DNA of 64,000 nt from an uncultured Chloroflexia bacterium (GCA_963776385.1 CAVZME010000011.1:202807-266806), one strand, 5' to 3'. Shown: positions 29,726 to 39,985, counted from the first letter of the stretch. Notes: generated by a model from the sequence alone, not told the origin. A program made the numbers and translations.

Positions 29726-30766
29726 GTGATCCGACGACGTTGGCTGGTCCCATACCTGCTGATGGCGCCCGGTCTCCTGTTCCTGGCGCTGTTCTTCATC
29801 CTCCCGAATATCCAGATGTTCCTGATGTCGCTGTCGACGAAGGCAGGCGGCGTCGGACTGGCCAAGACCTACGAATTCACCTGGGCGTGGGAGAACTACG
29901 CCAATGCCCTCACTGACTTTCCGCTGCAGTTCGGCAACTCGCTGATCTACGGCGGGCTGGCAACGCTGCTGTGCCTGCTCATCGGCTATCCACTTGCCTA
30001 CGGCATCGCGTTTCGCGGTGGCCGTTACAAGAATTTCCTGCTCTTCCTCGTGATCGCACCGTTCTTCACGAGCTTCCTGATCCGCACGATCTCCTGGAAG
30101 ATCATCCTCGGGAACGACGGGGCCTTCCTCTCGATCATCCGCGATTGGCTCGGGATCGTGCCCCCGAACTTCAGCATCCTCGGCACTCCCCTCGCGGTCG
30201 TCTCCGGACTGACCTACCAGTTCCTTCCGTTCATGGTGCTGCCGCTCTACGTCTCACTCGAAAAGATCGACCGGCGCCTCATCGAGGCGGCGAAGGATCT
30301 CTACGCCGGTCCGTGGCGGCAGGGCGGCGCGTTGATCGGTGGCGTGGTCGGCGGTGGCCTCGCGGTCCTTCTGATGGCAGGGTTCGGCTACCTGCCACTC
30401 GGACTGGACACCCTCCCGGCCACCGTGGCGGTCGCCGCCATCGGCGGCATCACCGGGGCGACCATCGCCACCCTGTTGGTCTCCGAATCCTTCACCAAGA
30501 TCATCTTCCCGCTCAGCCTGTCGGGCGTCTTCGCCGGGTCGATCCTGACGTTCATCCCCGCCATCGGCGACTACGTGAACGCCGACCTGCTGGGTAACCC
30601 GAAGACCCAGATGATCGGGAACGTCATCCAGAACCGCTATCTGGCCCAGAACGACTACCCGACCGCTGCGGCACTGTCCTTCCTGCTGATGGCGGGCATC
30701 CTGATCGCGATCTTCGTCTACGCCCGGGCGCTCGGGACGGACGAGCTCACCGGAGGCGCGGAATGA
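29726..30766 (+). CDS. ABC transporter permease (PotB-like) with ~57-aa hydrophobic insertion in the EAA loop
   Basis: 346 aa. The EAA motif reads IEAAKDLYAGPWRQ, followed by a Gly/Ala-rich segment predicted to be two TM helices, then FTKIIFPLSLSG. Confidence 0.85.
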   Translation: MIRRRWLVPYLLMAPGLLFLALFFILPNIQMFLMSLSTKAGGVGLAKTYEFTWAWENYANALTDFPLQFGNSLIYGGLATLLCLLIGYPLAYGIAFRGGRYKNFLLFLVIAPFFTSFLIRTISWKIILGNDGAFLSIIRDWLGIVPPNFSILGTPLAVVSGLTYQFLPFMVLPLYVSLEKIDRRLIEAAKDLYAGPWRQGGALIGGVVGGGLAVLLMAGFGYLPLGLDTLPATVAVAAIGGITGATIATLLVSESFTKIIFPLSLSGVFAGSILTFIPAIGDYVNADLLGNPKTQMIGNVIQNRYLAQNDYPTAAALSFLLMAGILIAIFVYARALGTDELTGGAE

Positions 30767-31731
30767 GCACGATCGCCACGCCCATCGCAAGTGAAGCGGT
30801 CGGAACGCGAAAGGCCAGCCCTGCCCGCCGGGCGACCAAGCTCGTCGACCGCTGGCTGCTCCCGGTCTTCGTGGTCATGGCCCTCTTTTACCTGGCCCTG
30901 CCCATCCTGGTGATGATCGCGTTCTCGTTCAACGATCCTCCCGGCCGTTTCAATTTCGTGTGGGGACAGTTCTCGCTGGCGGCGTGGGGAAACCCATTCG
31001 GTCGACCCGGACTCGAAGGTGCCATCACCACGAGCCTGGCGGTCGCGACGGTCTCGACGTTCATCGCGACGATCCTCGGAACGCTGATCGCGCTGGCGCT
31101 GTCGCGCTACAACTTCGGCGGGCGGTCGGGCGTCAGCCTGTTCATCTTCATCCCGATGGCGACGCCCGAGATCGTCCTTGGTGCGAGCCTGCTGACGTTG
31201 TTCGTCGGGACCGCGTCAGAACCCCTGAAGACCATCACCGGCAGCACGCTGTTCCCGCTCGGCGTCCAGACGATCCTCATCGCACATGTCATGTTCAACA
31301 TCAGCTTCGTCGTCGTGACGGTTCGAGCCCGGATGCAGGGCTTTCCGCGCCACCTCGAGGAGGCTGCCATGGACCTCGGGGCGAACCCGTGGACCACCTT
31401 CTGGAAGGTGACCTTCCCGCTCATCCTCCCGGGGATCCTGGCCGGCGCCCTGCTCGCGTTCTCCTTGTCGATCGACGACTTCATCATCACGAACTTCACA
31501 TCCGGGACGGCGACGACCTTCCCGATCTGGGTGTGGGCGAGCATCAAGAACAACCTTCCGCCACAGGTCCATGTCATCGGCACGATGGTCTTCGTGGGTG
31601 CTGTCGGGATCGTCGCCCTGGGCACCCTCTGGGAGCGCAGATCGGAGCGACGGGACAGGCGCATCGCAGCTCAGGAGGCCGCTCGCGAAGTCGCGCGTCT
31701 CCAGGCTGCCCAATCCGCGCCGGCGAACTAA
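30763..31731 (+). CDS. ABC transporter permease (PotC-like)
   Basis: 322 aa. EEAAMDLGANPWTTFWKVTFPLILPG. 4-nt overlap with the upstream permease. N- and C-terminal extensions. Confidence 0.85.
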   Translation: MSTIATPIASEAVGTRKASPARRATKLVDRWLLPVFVVMALFYLALPILVMIAFSFNDPPGRFNFVWGQFSLAAWGNPFGRPGLEGAITTSLAVATVSTFIATILGTLIALALSRYNFGGRSGVSLFIFIPMATPEIVLGASLLTLFVGTASEPLKTITGSTLFPLGVQTILIAHVMFNISFVVVTVRARMQGFPRHLEEAAMDLGANPWTTFWKVTFPLILPGILAGALLAFSLSIDDFIITNFTSGTATTFPIWVWASIKNNLPPQVHVIGTMVFVGAVGIVALGTLWERRSERRDRRIAAQEAAREVARLQAAQSAPAN

Positions 31732-31743
31732 GGCGAGGACCCC

Positions 31744-33060
31744 ATGGCACTCAAGATCGATCCCGCCACCACTCCCCTGCCCGAGCACTCGGTCGTGCCC
31801 GCGGTGTGGAGCCGGATCACCAACCTCGACGTCGACCATGGCGAGGGCTCGTGGCTGATCACCCGTGACGGCACGCGCTACCTCGACTATTCGTCGGGGA
31901 TCGGTGTCACCAACACCGGGCACGCCCATCCGCGCGTCGCGGCCGCCATCGCGGCCCAGGCGGCCAAGATCATCCACTCCCAGCAGAACATCACCTACCA
32001 CGAGCCCGGTCTGCGGCTGTACGACCGGTTGCGCGGGCTCCTCCCGGGCGGTCCGTGGCAGGCGTTCCTCGCCAATTCGGGAGCGGAGGCGGTCGAAGCC
32101 TCGGTCAAGCTCGCCCGGGTCGCGACGGGCCGGCCGGCGATGCTCGCGTTCCGCTACGGCTATCACGGCCGGACTGCCCAGACGATGGCCCTGACGACCG
32201 CCAAGGACGTCTACCGCGGCTCCTTCGAACCGCTGCCCGGGTCGGTCTATCACACGGCCTATCCGTACTGCTACCGGGCCGCCGGCGGTGCGCACTCGCC
32301 CGAGGCGTGCACCTGCGACTGGGAGGAGCAGCTCGACCTGACCTTCCACCAGTTCATCTACCCGGACCGGGTCGCGGGCATCATCATCGAGCCCGTCCTC
32401 GGCGAGGGCGGCTACGTCGTGCCACCGCCCGGCTTCCTGCCGCGGCTGCGCGAGATCACCCGGCAGCACGGCATCCTGCTCATCGCCGACGAGGTCCAGA
32501 CCGGGTTCGGGCGGACGGGCGAGATGTTCGCCGTCCAGAACTGGGGCGTCGAGCCGGACATCCTCGTCATGGCCAAGGGCATCGCCTCCGGGATGCCACT
32601 CTCCGGCATCCTGGCGCGAGCCGACCTGATGAGCGCCTGGAAGCCTGGGACGCACGGCGGCACCTACGGCGGAAACGTGGTCTCGTGCGCGGCGGCCAAC
32701 GCGACGCTCGACGTGATCGAGGACGAGGGCCTGGTGGCCAACGCTCGCGCGCGGGGGGACCAGTTCCTGGCCGGCCTCCGGGAGCTCGCCGGACGCTACC
32801 CGGCGATCGGCGATGCGCGCGGGCTCGGGCTCATGGTCGCGATCGAGCTCATCAAGCCGGGTGTCGGCGACGGCCGCGTGCCCGACCCGGACCTGACGAA
32901 GCGGATCCAGGCCGAGGCGCTCGCCCGGAACCTCATCGTCCTGACCGCGGGCACGTACGTCAACGTCATCCGGATCATCCCGCCGCTTGTGACCACGGCC
33001 GCCGAGGTCGATCTCGCGCTGTCGATCCTTGACGAGAGTCTGACCGCCGCCGGAGCCTAG
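31744..33060 (+). CDS. class-III PLP aminotransferase (4-aminobutyrate / omega-amine transaminase family)
   Basis: 438 aa, intact. ANSGAEAVEASVKLAR, IIEPVLGEGG, LIADEVQTGFGRTG, and the PLP lysine in VMAKGIASG. Confidence 0.85.
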   Translation: MALKIDPATTPLPEHSVVPAVWSRITNLDVDHGEGSWLITRDGTRYLDYSSGIGVTNTGHAHPRVAAAIAAQAAKIIHSQQNITYHEPGLRLYDRLRGLLPGGPWQAFLANSGAEAVEASVKLARVATGRPAMLAFRYGYHGRTAQTMALTTAKDVYRGSFEPLPGSVYHTAYPYCYRAAGGAHSPEACTCDWEEQLDLTFHQFIYPDRVAGIIIEPVLGEGGYVVPPPGFLPRLREITRQHGILLIADEVQTGFGRTGEMFAVQNWGVEPDILVMAKGIASGMPLSGILARADLMSAWKPGTHGGTYGGNVVSCAAANATLDVIEDEGLVANARARGDQFLAGLRELAGRYPAIGDARGLGLMVAIELIKPGVGDGRVPDPDLTKRIQAEALARNLIVLTAGTYVNVIRIIPPLVTTAAEVDLALSILDESLTAAGA

Positions 33061-33065
33061 CTTCC

Positions 33066-33686
33066 GTGGACGACGATCACGGAGCCGGTGCAGCCCGTGC
33101 CCGCGTCGCCGCCCTGCTCGACGCATTGACGAGGATCGACCTGCAAGTCGTGGTCGTGGCCGGGCCGGACAAGACCCGCGAGGGCGCACGCGATCGGGCG
33201 ACCGAGGCCGCGATGCTCGCCGGGCGCGGTGATCTGCTGTATGAGGCGACGGCCACGGTCCGCGAGACCGTCATGCGGATGTTCGCGAACGCCGGCTTCA
33301 GCGGGACATGGGCGGTGACGGACATGGCCGTCTCGGTCACTCGTGCGGATGATCGAGTGGCGGCAGCGGCGGCCTTCGAGGAGGCCGCGATGGCCGCCGT
33401 CGTCGAGGACCTGGTCGACGACAAGACGATCGCCATCCTGCGGTCGACGACCGCTCATCTGATGCAGATGACCGGCGTGCCGGCGCCCGGGTCCCTGACG
33501 TCGTTCGCCACGCCGGCGGCCGGGTCCGTCAGAGGGCCGATCGAGGTCGCCGTCCTGGTCGCCTATGCCGTCGTCTGCGTCGTGATCGCGGCGGTCATCG
33601 ACCTCGGATTCGGGCTGCTCGCCCTGGCACTCGGGCTCGGGCTCGCGGCCGGCCTGACCCGGCGACGACGAGCACCGGACAGCTGA
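33066..33686 (+). CDS. hypothetical protein with C-terminal membrane anchor
   Basis: 206-aa ORF starting 5 nt after the aminotransferase stop. C-terminal hydrophobic stretch IEVAVLVAYAVVCVVIAAVIDLGFGLLALALGLGLAAGL. I recognise no family. Confidence 0.45.
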   Translation: MDDDHGAGAARARVAALLDALTRIDLQVVVVAGPDKTREGARDRATEAAMLAGRGDLLYEATATVRETVMRMFANAGFSGTWAVTDMAVSVTRADDRVAAAAAFEEAAMAAVVEDLVDDKTIAILRSTTAHLMQMTGVPAPGSLTSFATPAAGSVRGPIEVAVLVAYAVVCVVIAAVIDLGFGLLALALGLGLAAGLTRRRRAPDS

Positions 33687-33689
33687 TCG

Positions 33690-34490
33690 CTACCCTTCGA
33701 GCGCTCGGATGACGTGATCGTGGAGGAGGCCGTTGGTCGCGAGGGCAGTCCCGGTGTGGATCGACCGGACGCCGTGGATGTCGGTCATCCGGCCGCCCGC
33801 CTCCTCGACGACGATCGACGGAGCGGCGAGGTCCCAGCTGTTCGGGCCGACCTCGATCATCGCCTCGGCAGCACCCTCAGCGACGAGCGCATACCCCCAG
33901 AAGTCGCCGAAACCACGATCGCGCCAGGCCGAGCGGACGAGGGCATCGAAACCCGGCGCCTCCCCGCTCGCTTCGATGTCGAGCGGCGACGAGTAGAGCA
34001 CCTGGGCGTCGGCGATCGCGCTGACCTTCGACACGCCGACCCGTCGCGCAACGCCGGCCGCGGGGCCGAGCGAACCGATCGCCCACGATCCGCCACCGCG
34101 CGACGCGTACCAGCGCTCGCCGATCGCCGGAGCACTCATCACGCCGACGACGAGCTCGCCGTCCTCCTCGACCGCGAGCAACGTGCCGAACAGCGGCACG
34201 CCGCGCATGAAGTTGTGCGTGCCGTCGATCGGATCGATGTACCAGCGGACGGTCCCGGCGCCGTCCTCCGTGCCGTATTCCTCGCCGACCAGACCGTGGT
34301 CGGGAAACGCCCCGCCGATGAGGCCCCGGATCCGACGCTCGATAGCGGTGTCGGCCTGGGTCACGAACGTGCGATCGGGCTTCGTCTCGATGACGAGGTC
34401 GCGGCGGAAGTGCTCGAGCGCCAGCGTGTCCGCGGCGTCGGCGCAAGTGAGTGCGAAGGCGAGCCACTCGTCGTGGCGGGCATCGGTCAT
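33690..34490 (-). CDS. inositol monophosphatase family protein (HisN-like histidinol-phosphatase candidate)
   Basis: Start at ATG 34490 (MTDARHDEW). Motifs TKPDRTFVTQADTAIE, WYIDPIDGTHNF and WDLAAPSIVVEEAGG. ATGA overlap with the upstream DMGO-like gene. Confidence 0.8.
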   Translation of the reverse strand: MTDARHDEWLAFALTCADAADTLALEHFRRDLVIETKPDRTFVTQADTAIERRIRGLIGGAFPDHGLVGEEYGTEDGAGTVRWYIDPIDGTHNFMRGVPLFGTLLAVEEDGELVVGVMSAPAIGERWYASRGGGSWAIGSLGPAAGVARRVGVSKVSAIADAQVLYSSPLDIEASGEAPGFDALVRSAWRDRGFGDFWGYALVAEGAAEAMIEVGPNSWDLAAPSIVVEEAGGRMTDIHGVRSIHTGTALATNGLLHDHVIRALEG

Positions 34491-36914
34491 GCGCGGATCC
34501 TCGTTCCGTCCGGGTCGTACAGCGGCTCTCGGGCGACCTCGAAGCCGATCCACTCGCCGAAGACCTCGACCTCGCCACGCGCCCCGATCGGCGCGGTCGG
34601 CGGCAGGTACGCGTAGGCGATCGAGCGCTCGACGGCGAAGCCGTAGCCGCCCGTCGTGACCCGACCCACGATCTCGCCGCCAAGGCGGACGGGTTCGTTG
34701 CCGAGACAGACCGAGCGCGGGTCATCCAGTACGAGACAGCGCAGGCGCTTGCCGCGGACCGGCGGCCTTCGCTGCGACGAGCGCCTCGCGACCGATGAAG
34801 TCGACGCCCTTGTCCAGCGCGACCGCAAAGCCGAGCCCGGCTTCGTACGGAGTCTCGTCCGGCGTGATGTCGCTCGACCAGACGCGATAGCCCTTCTCGA
34901 TCCGGAGCGCGTCGATCGCGCGGTAGCCGCCGGCGACCATGCCGTGGGGCTGACCGGCCTCCCAGAGCGTCCGCCAGAGCGCGACGCCGAACTCGGTGTG
35001 CGCGTAGAGCTCCCAGCCCAGCTCCCCGACGTAGGTGACCCGCAAGGCGTAGACCGGCACGGAACCGATCGTCATGGCGCGCGCGGTGAGGAACGGGAAA
35101 CCGGTATCGGAGACGTCGTCGCGCGTGACGGACGCCAGGATGTCGCGGGCGCGTGGTCCCCACAGAGCGAAGCACACGCGACCCGATGTCAGGTCGTTGA
35201 GCAGCACGCTCCCGTCGCCCGGGAGGTGTCGGCGCAGCCAGGCCATGTCGTGCTGCCCGAACGCGGTACCCGTGATGAACAGATAGCGGTCTGCGGCGAC
35301 CCGGGTGACCGTCACGTCGCATTCGATGCCGCCGCGCCGGTTCAGAAGCTGCGTGTAGACGATCCGCCCGACCGGCGCGTCCACGTCATTCGCACACATC
35401 GACTGGAGGAACGAGACCGCCCCCGGCCCGACGATCTCGATCTTCGCGAACGAGGTCTCGTCGAACAGGCCGGCTGCCTGCCGCGTGGCCAGTGCCTCGG
35501 CGCCGATCGCCGGCGACCAGTGTTCGCCTGCCCAGCCACGAGGTCTGAGCCCTTCGTCACCGGCGGCGGCGTTCGACTCGAACCAGTTCGGGCGCTCCCA
35601 GCCGGACTTCTCGCCGAAGACGGCGCCCAGGCCCTCGAGGATCGGGTAGGTCGGTGCCATCCGGAGGGGGCGGCCGGCCTGGCGCTCCTCGTTCGGGTAG
35701 TGGATGTCGTAGTAGGTCGCGTAGTTCTCGATCGAGCGCGCCAGCGTGTACGACTGGCTGCGGTAGGCCGGCCCGAAGCGGCGGATGTCCATCTTCCAGA
35801 GGTCGAGCTCCGGCTCGCCATCGACGATCCAGGACGCGACCTGACGACCGATCCCGCCCGCGCCCGCGATGCCGTGCGCCGAGAACCCCGCCGCCACGAA
35901 GAAGCCGCCGACCTCCGATTCGCCGAGGATGAACTCGTTGTCGGGGGTGAAGCCCTCCGGGCCGTTGATGACGCGGTTGACGCCCGCGTCGGCCATCGCC
36001 GGGACGCGCAGGACTGCGCCTTCCATGATCGGCTGGAAGCGCTCCATGTCGGGTGCCAGGAGCTTGCCGTTGAAGTCGGACGGGACGCCGTCGAGCGACC
36101 ACGGCGCTGGGTCGCGCTCGTAGCCGCCCATGCACAGGCCACCGACCTCCTCGCGGAAGTAGACGAGGTTGTCCGGGTCGCGGAGCTGCGGGAGACCGGA
36201 GTGGACGCCGTCGATCGGCTCGGTGAAGAGGTATTGGTGTGCCATCGGGATGATCGGGACGGTGACGCCGACCATCCGGCCGATCTCGGGGGCGAACATG
36301 CCACCTGCGTTGACGACGATCTCGGCCGCGATGTCGGTCCGCTCGCCCTCGTGCTCGACGGTCACACCTGTGACGCGACCGCGGTCCGTGCCGATCGCCA
36401 CGACCCTTGTCTGCGTCCGGATCTGGACGCCTTTCTGGCGGGCCCCGGCGGCCAGCGCGTTGGCGAGGCCGGATGGGTCGAGCCAGCCATCGGTCGGCAG
36501 CCAGACGGCGCCCAGGACGCCCTCGGTCGACATCAGCGGGAAACGATCCTGGGCTTCCCGCGCGGTGACCAGGTCGAGCGGCAGACCGAACGTCTTGGCC
36601 CAGCCGGCCTGGCGTCGGAGCTCCTCGAAGCGCTCGGGTGTGGAGGCCAGTCGCAGCGACCCGACCTCGTGCCACGACGGATCGGAGCCGGTCTCGGCGG
36701 CCAGGCGCCGGTACAGGTCGGCGCTGTACATCATCATCTTGGTGAGCGTCACCGAGCCCCGCAGCTGGCCGACCAGACCGGCCGAATGGAACGTGGATCC
36801 CGAGGTCAATTCGGCGCGATCGACGAGGATGACGTCGGTCCAGCCGCGCTCCGCGAGGTGGTAGGCGATGCTCGTGCCGCCGACCCCGCCGCCGATGATC
36901 ACGGCGCGTCGCAT
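34487..36914 (-). pseudogene. FAD-dependent oxidase fused to GcvT-type folate-binding domain (dimethylglycine oxidase / sarcosine dehydrogenase family), one frame break
   Basis: The N-terminus has the dinucleotide fold VIIGGGVGGTSIAYHLA. The GcvT-like C-half is in ORF 34722..36914. The last ~95 aa (LRCLVLDD...GGYGFAVERSIAYAYLP) are in ORF 34487..34828. The junction is about 34765-34790. Confidence 0.85.
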
Positions 36915-36982
36915 GTTCCACCGTCGAAGCGTAGCGGCTCAGGTGCCTGAAAGTGAGCGCGTCGGCGCCCGTAGGTGCCCGG

Positions 36983-37910
36983 CTAGGGCTGGGTCAGCGG
37001 CGGCCGACCGGTTGCAGGCTCGGCGGCGGGCTGCAGCTGATGCGCGGCCACGTCGCGCAGTGGCGTCGATGGAACCTGCGGGAAGCGTCGCGCCCGTTCG
37101 TCCGTATCGGCCGTCATGTCACGGGTGTCCATCACGACCGCAGCCGCGATCTGTCCGGCCAGGACGGGCTTGATCGGGCGGAGGATGAGGGACATCAGGC
37201 GCAGCATCGGGAGCGGAACGTGGTTCACGGTCCCCTTTGCGCCCGTCGACGCCCTCACGGTCTCCACGAACTCGTCGAAGGTGAGATTCTCCGGTCCCTG
37301 CACGTCCACGCTTTCGCCACGGAGGGCGGGCTCGGTCACGGCGATGTCGACGATGCGCGCGACGTCTCCTGCCGAGACGAAGTTGATCGGGTTCTGACCG
37401 CGCCCGAAGACGCGGGTGCTGCCCGTCGTCACGAGCGGCCGTCCCGACGATCTCGAGCCAGGTCTCCTGGTACGCGGTCGGTCGGACCATGGTCCAGGAC
37501 AGGCGGCTCGCCCTGAGCCGCTGCTCGGCGGCGGCCTTCATCCGGAAGAGCTCGATGGGATGGTCGGCGGCTGCCTGCTGGATCGACACCAGGACGAAGT
37601 GCTCGACGCCGGCCGCTTCGGCCGCGTCGATGAGGTTGACGTTGCCGTCGCGGTCGATCGCCTTCACGCCAAGGGCTCCGTCGCCTCCGAAGCCGTTGAT
37701 CGCCGAGATGACCGTCCGCACCCCGACCATCGCGCGCCGAAGCGTTTCGGGATGCTGGACGTCACCGATCGCTGTCTCGATCCCCGGCAGCGCCAGCTGC
37801 GGACTCGGCCGGCCTCCCCTGGTGAGGACTCGGATCGGTTCTCCATGGCCTGCGAGAAGCGGGATGAGCGAGCGACCGAGCATCCCCGTTCCGCCCGCGA
37901 CCAGGATCAT
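36983..37910 (-). pseudogene. NmrA-like / NAD(P)H-binding atypical SDR, one frame break
   Basis: MILVAGGTGMLGRSLIPLL Rossmann start in the frame of ORF 37119..38114. The C-terminal half is in ORF 36983..37432. The junction is about 37435-37450. ATGA overlap with the upstream SnoaL-like gene. Confidence 0.75.
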
Positions 37911-38359
37911 CGCTGCACCGCCGGTGCCATCGACGATTCGCCAGACACGATCCGTCGAACCGCTTCGCCTGCCGCGGGACCGCCTTCGTCGACGGGCTCC
38001 ATGTAGAAACGGACCGAGACCGCGCGGGAATCCTTGACGCGCTGGATCGTCACGCCACGCATCCGGTGCGCCGAGCCATCCCGGCGCGTGCCGTGCCAGT
38101 CCCACTCGGACCACACCGTGTCGCCCTCGACGACGGCATCCAGAAGATCGGCTCGCAGATCCGGCACTCCGGCAAAGATCTGCTCCCAGTTGCGCCGCAC
38201 CTGGTCGGCACCGCGAAAGGTACGCTGCGGGTGCGCCGGCGTCTCGCTGACGAAGTCCGGATCGAATACGTCCACGAGGGCCTCGAGATCATGCTCGTTC
38301 ATCGCATCACGGAGTCGTGTCACCACCGACAACATCGGATCCGCCGCCTGCTCGGGCAT
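37907..38359 (-). CDS. SnoaL-like / NTF2-family protein
   Basis: 150 aa. The pattern LRDAMNEHDLEALVDVFDPDFVSE...W.WHGT matches the SnoaL_2 fold. Confidence 0.75.
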   Translation of the reverse strand: MPEQAADPMLSVVTRLRDAMNEHDLEALVDVFDPDFVSETPAHPQRTFRGADQVRRNWEQIFAGVPDLRADLLDAVVEGDTVWSEWDWHGTRRDGSAHRMRGVTIQRVKDSRAVSVRFYMEPVDEGGPAAGEAVRRIVSGESSMAPAVQR

Positions 38360-38377
38360 CCCATCCTCCGAACGTAC

Positions 38378-38407
38378 TATAACCAGACCTTGCGTCTGGT
38401 GGTTATA
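38378..38407. promoter_or_regulatory. palindromic candidate TetR operator in the divergent intergenic region
   Basis: TATA-ACCAGAC-CTTGC-GTCTGGT-GGT-TATA. There is a perfect 7-bp inverted repeat ACCAGAC/GTCTGGT with a 5-nt spacer, flanked by TATA(ACC)/(GGT)TATA. It overlaps a TATACT -10-like hexamer 10 nt before the TetR ATG. Confidence 0.45.
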
Positions 38408-38418
38408 CTCGGAGTCTG

Positions 38419-39069
38419 ATGAACAGTCCCTCGGATGTCAAGCGGTCGTACGATTCTCCGCTGCGCAAGGCTCAAGCGGCGGCGACCCGTCGCGCCATCA
38501 TCGATGCGGCCGCCGCCTCATTCATCGAGCATGGCTACGTGGCGACGTCGATCGAAACTATCGCGGAGGCGGCTGGTGTGAGTCGCGCCACGGTCTTCAC
38601 CTCCGTCGGCGGCAAGAAGGAGCTCCTCAAGAAGGCGTATGACGTCGCCCTGGTCGGCGACGACGAACCGATCCCGTTCCCCCTGCGGCCGGCCTCGCTT
38701 GCAGTCAGAGCGGAGCCGGATCCGAGGCGGTATCTCGCGGGTTACGCGGGCCTGCTCATCGACATGTATGGCCGGCTCGCGCCGATCTATGAAGCTGTGC
38801 GCGGGGCCGCGAGCGCAGATCCGGAGGTCCGCGACGTCTTCGAGGCGATCGGCGCGGAACGCCGGATCGGCGCGGGAAACGTCGTCCGCGATCTCGTCGG
38901 CAAGGGCGCGGTCCTCCGCGAAGGACTCGACGAGGAAGCGGCGGCGGACATCCTGTGGGTGCTCATCGACGCGGGGCTCTTCCATCTCCTTGTCCATCGA
39001 CGAGGCTGGACGAAGGAGCGCTTCGAGGCCTGGCTTGCCGAGACGATGCAGCGACAGCTCCTCGGCTGA
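38419..39069 (+). CDS. TetR/AcrR-family transcriptional regulator
   Basis: 216 aa. N-terminal HTH RRAIIDAAAASFIEHGYVATSIETIAEAAGVSRATVF. Confidence 0.9.
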   Translation: MNSPSDVKRSYDSPLRKAQAAATRRAIIDAAAASFIEHGYVATSIETIAEAAGVSRATVFTSVGGKKELLKKAYDVALVGDDEPIPFPLRPASLAVRAEPDPRRYLAGYAGLLIDMYGRLAPIYEAVRGAASADPEVRDVFEAIGAERRIGAGNVVRDLVGKGAVLREGLDEEAAADILWVLIDAGLFHLLVHRRGWTKERFEAWLAETMQRQLLG

Positions 39070-39075
39070 CCCAGC

Positions 39076-39985
39076 ATGACAGTCCCCTCGATCGAGCAGG
39101 TCATCGCGGCCATCCCGGACTGGGCGGGGCGCGTCGTCACTCGCCGAGCGGATCCCGGCCGGGCTGACCAACACGAACTGGCGCGTCGTGGTCGACGGTA
39201 CCCCGTTCTTCGTGCGGATCCCTGGGGCGGACACGGACCTGCTGGCGGTCGACCGCGGGAACGAGATCCACAACACCATCGCTGCGGCCGCTGCCGGCGT
39301 CGCCCCGCGGGTCGTCCACACGATCCCGGACTGGGACGTCTTCGTCCTCGACTGGCTGGATGCGCGGACGATGTCGACCGAAGCGCTGCGTACGCCCGGG
39401 ATGCCTGGGCGGATCGCCGACGCCCTGCGGCAGTTGCACGCCGGTCCCCGCTTCCGGGACCAGTTCGACATGTTCCGGGTCGCCGAACGGTATCTCGCCT
39501 TCGTCGATGAGCGGTCGATCGCGATCCCACCGGGGTATCGGGAGCATCTCGGGCAGATCCCGCGAATCGAGACGGCATTGGCGGCCAACCCGCTCCCGCC
39601 GGTCCCCTGCCACAACGATCTCCTCGCCGAGAACTACCTCGACGACGGCGCGCAGCTGTGGCTGGTCGACTGGGAGTACAGCGGCAATAACGACCCGACC
39701 TTCGACCTCGGCAACACCGCCCAGGAGCTCGGCTACGACGACGCCCAGATCGAGGAAATCTGCGCGGCATACTTCGGTGAGGCCTCCCCCGCCCTGCTCG
39801 CCCGGATGCGCCTCCAGATGATCATGTCCGACGTCGGCTGGACCCTCTGGGCGGCCATCCAGGCGCGGATCTCGACGATCGAGTACGACTTCACCGGCTG
39901 GGCCGAAGAACGCTGGGCGCGAGCCGAAGCGGCACTCGATGGCCCCGATTTCGAGTGGTGGCTCGAGGCTGTCACGAGCGGTTGA
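39076..39985 (+). pseudogene. choline/ethanolamine kinase-like phosphotransferase (APH fold), one frame break near the 5' end
   Basis: MTVPSIEQVIAAIPDWAGR is in ORF 39076..39510. The sequence then continues as LAERIPAGLTNTNWRVVVDG... in the frame of ORF 39188..39985. Catalytic region PCHNDLLAENYLDDG and LVDWEYSGNNDPTFDLGN. The junction is about 39130-39145. Confidence 0.8.
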
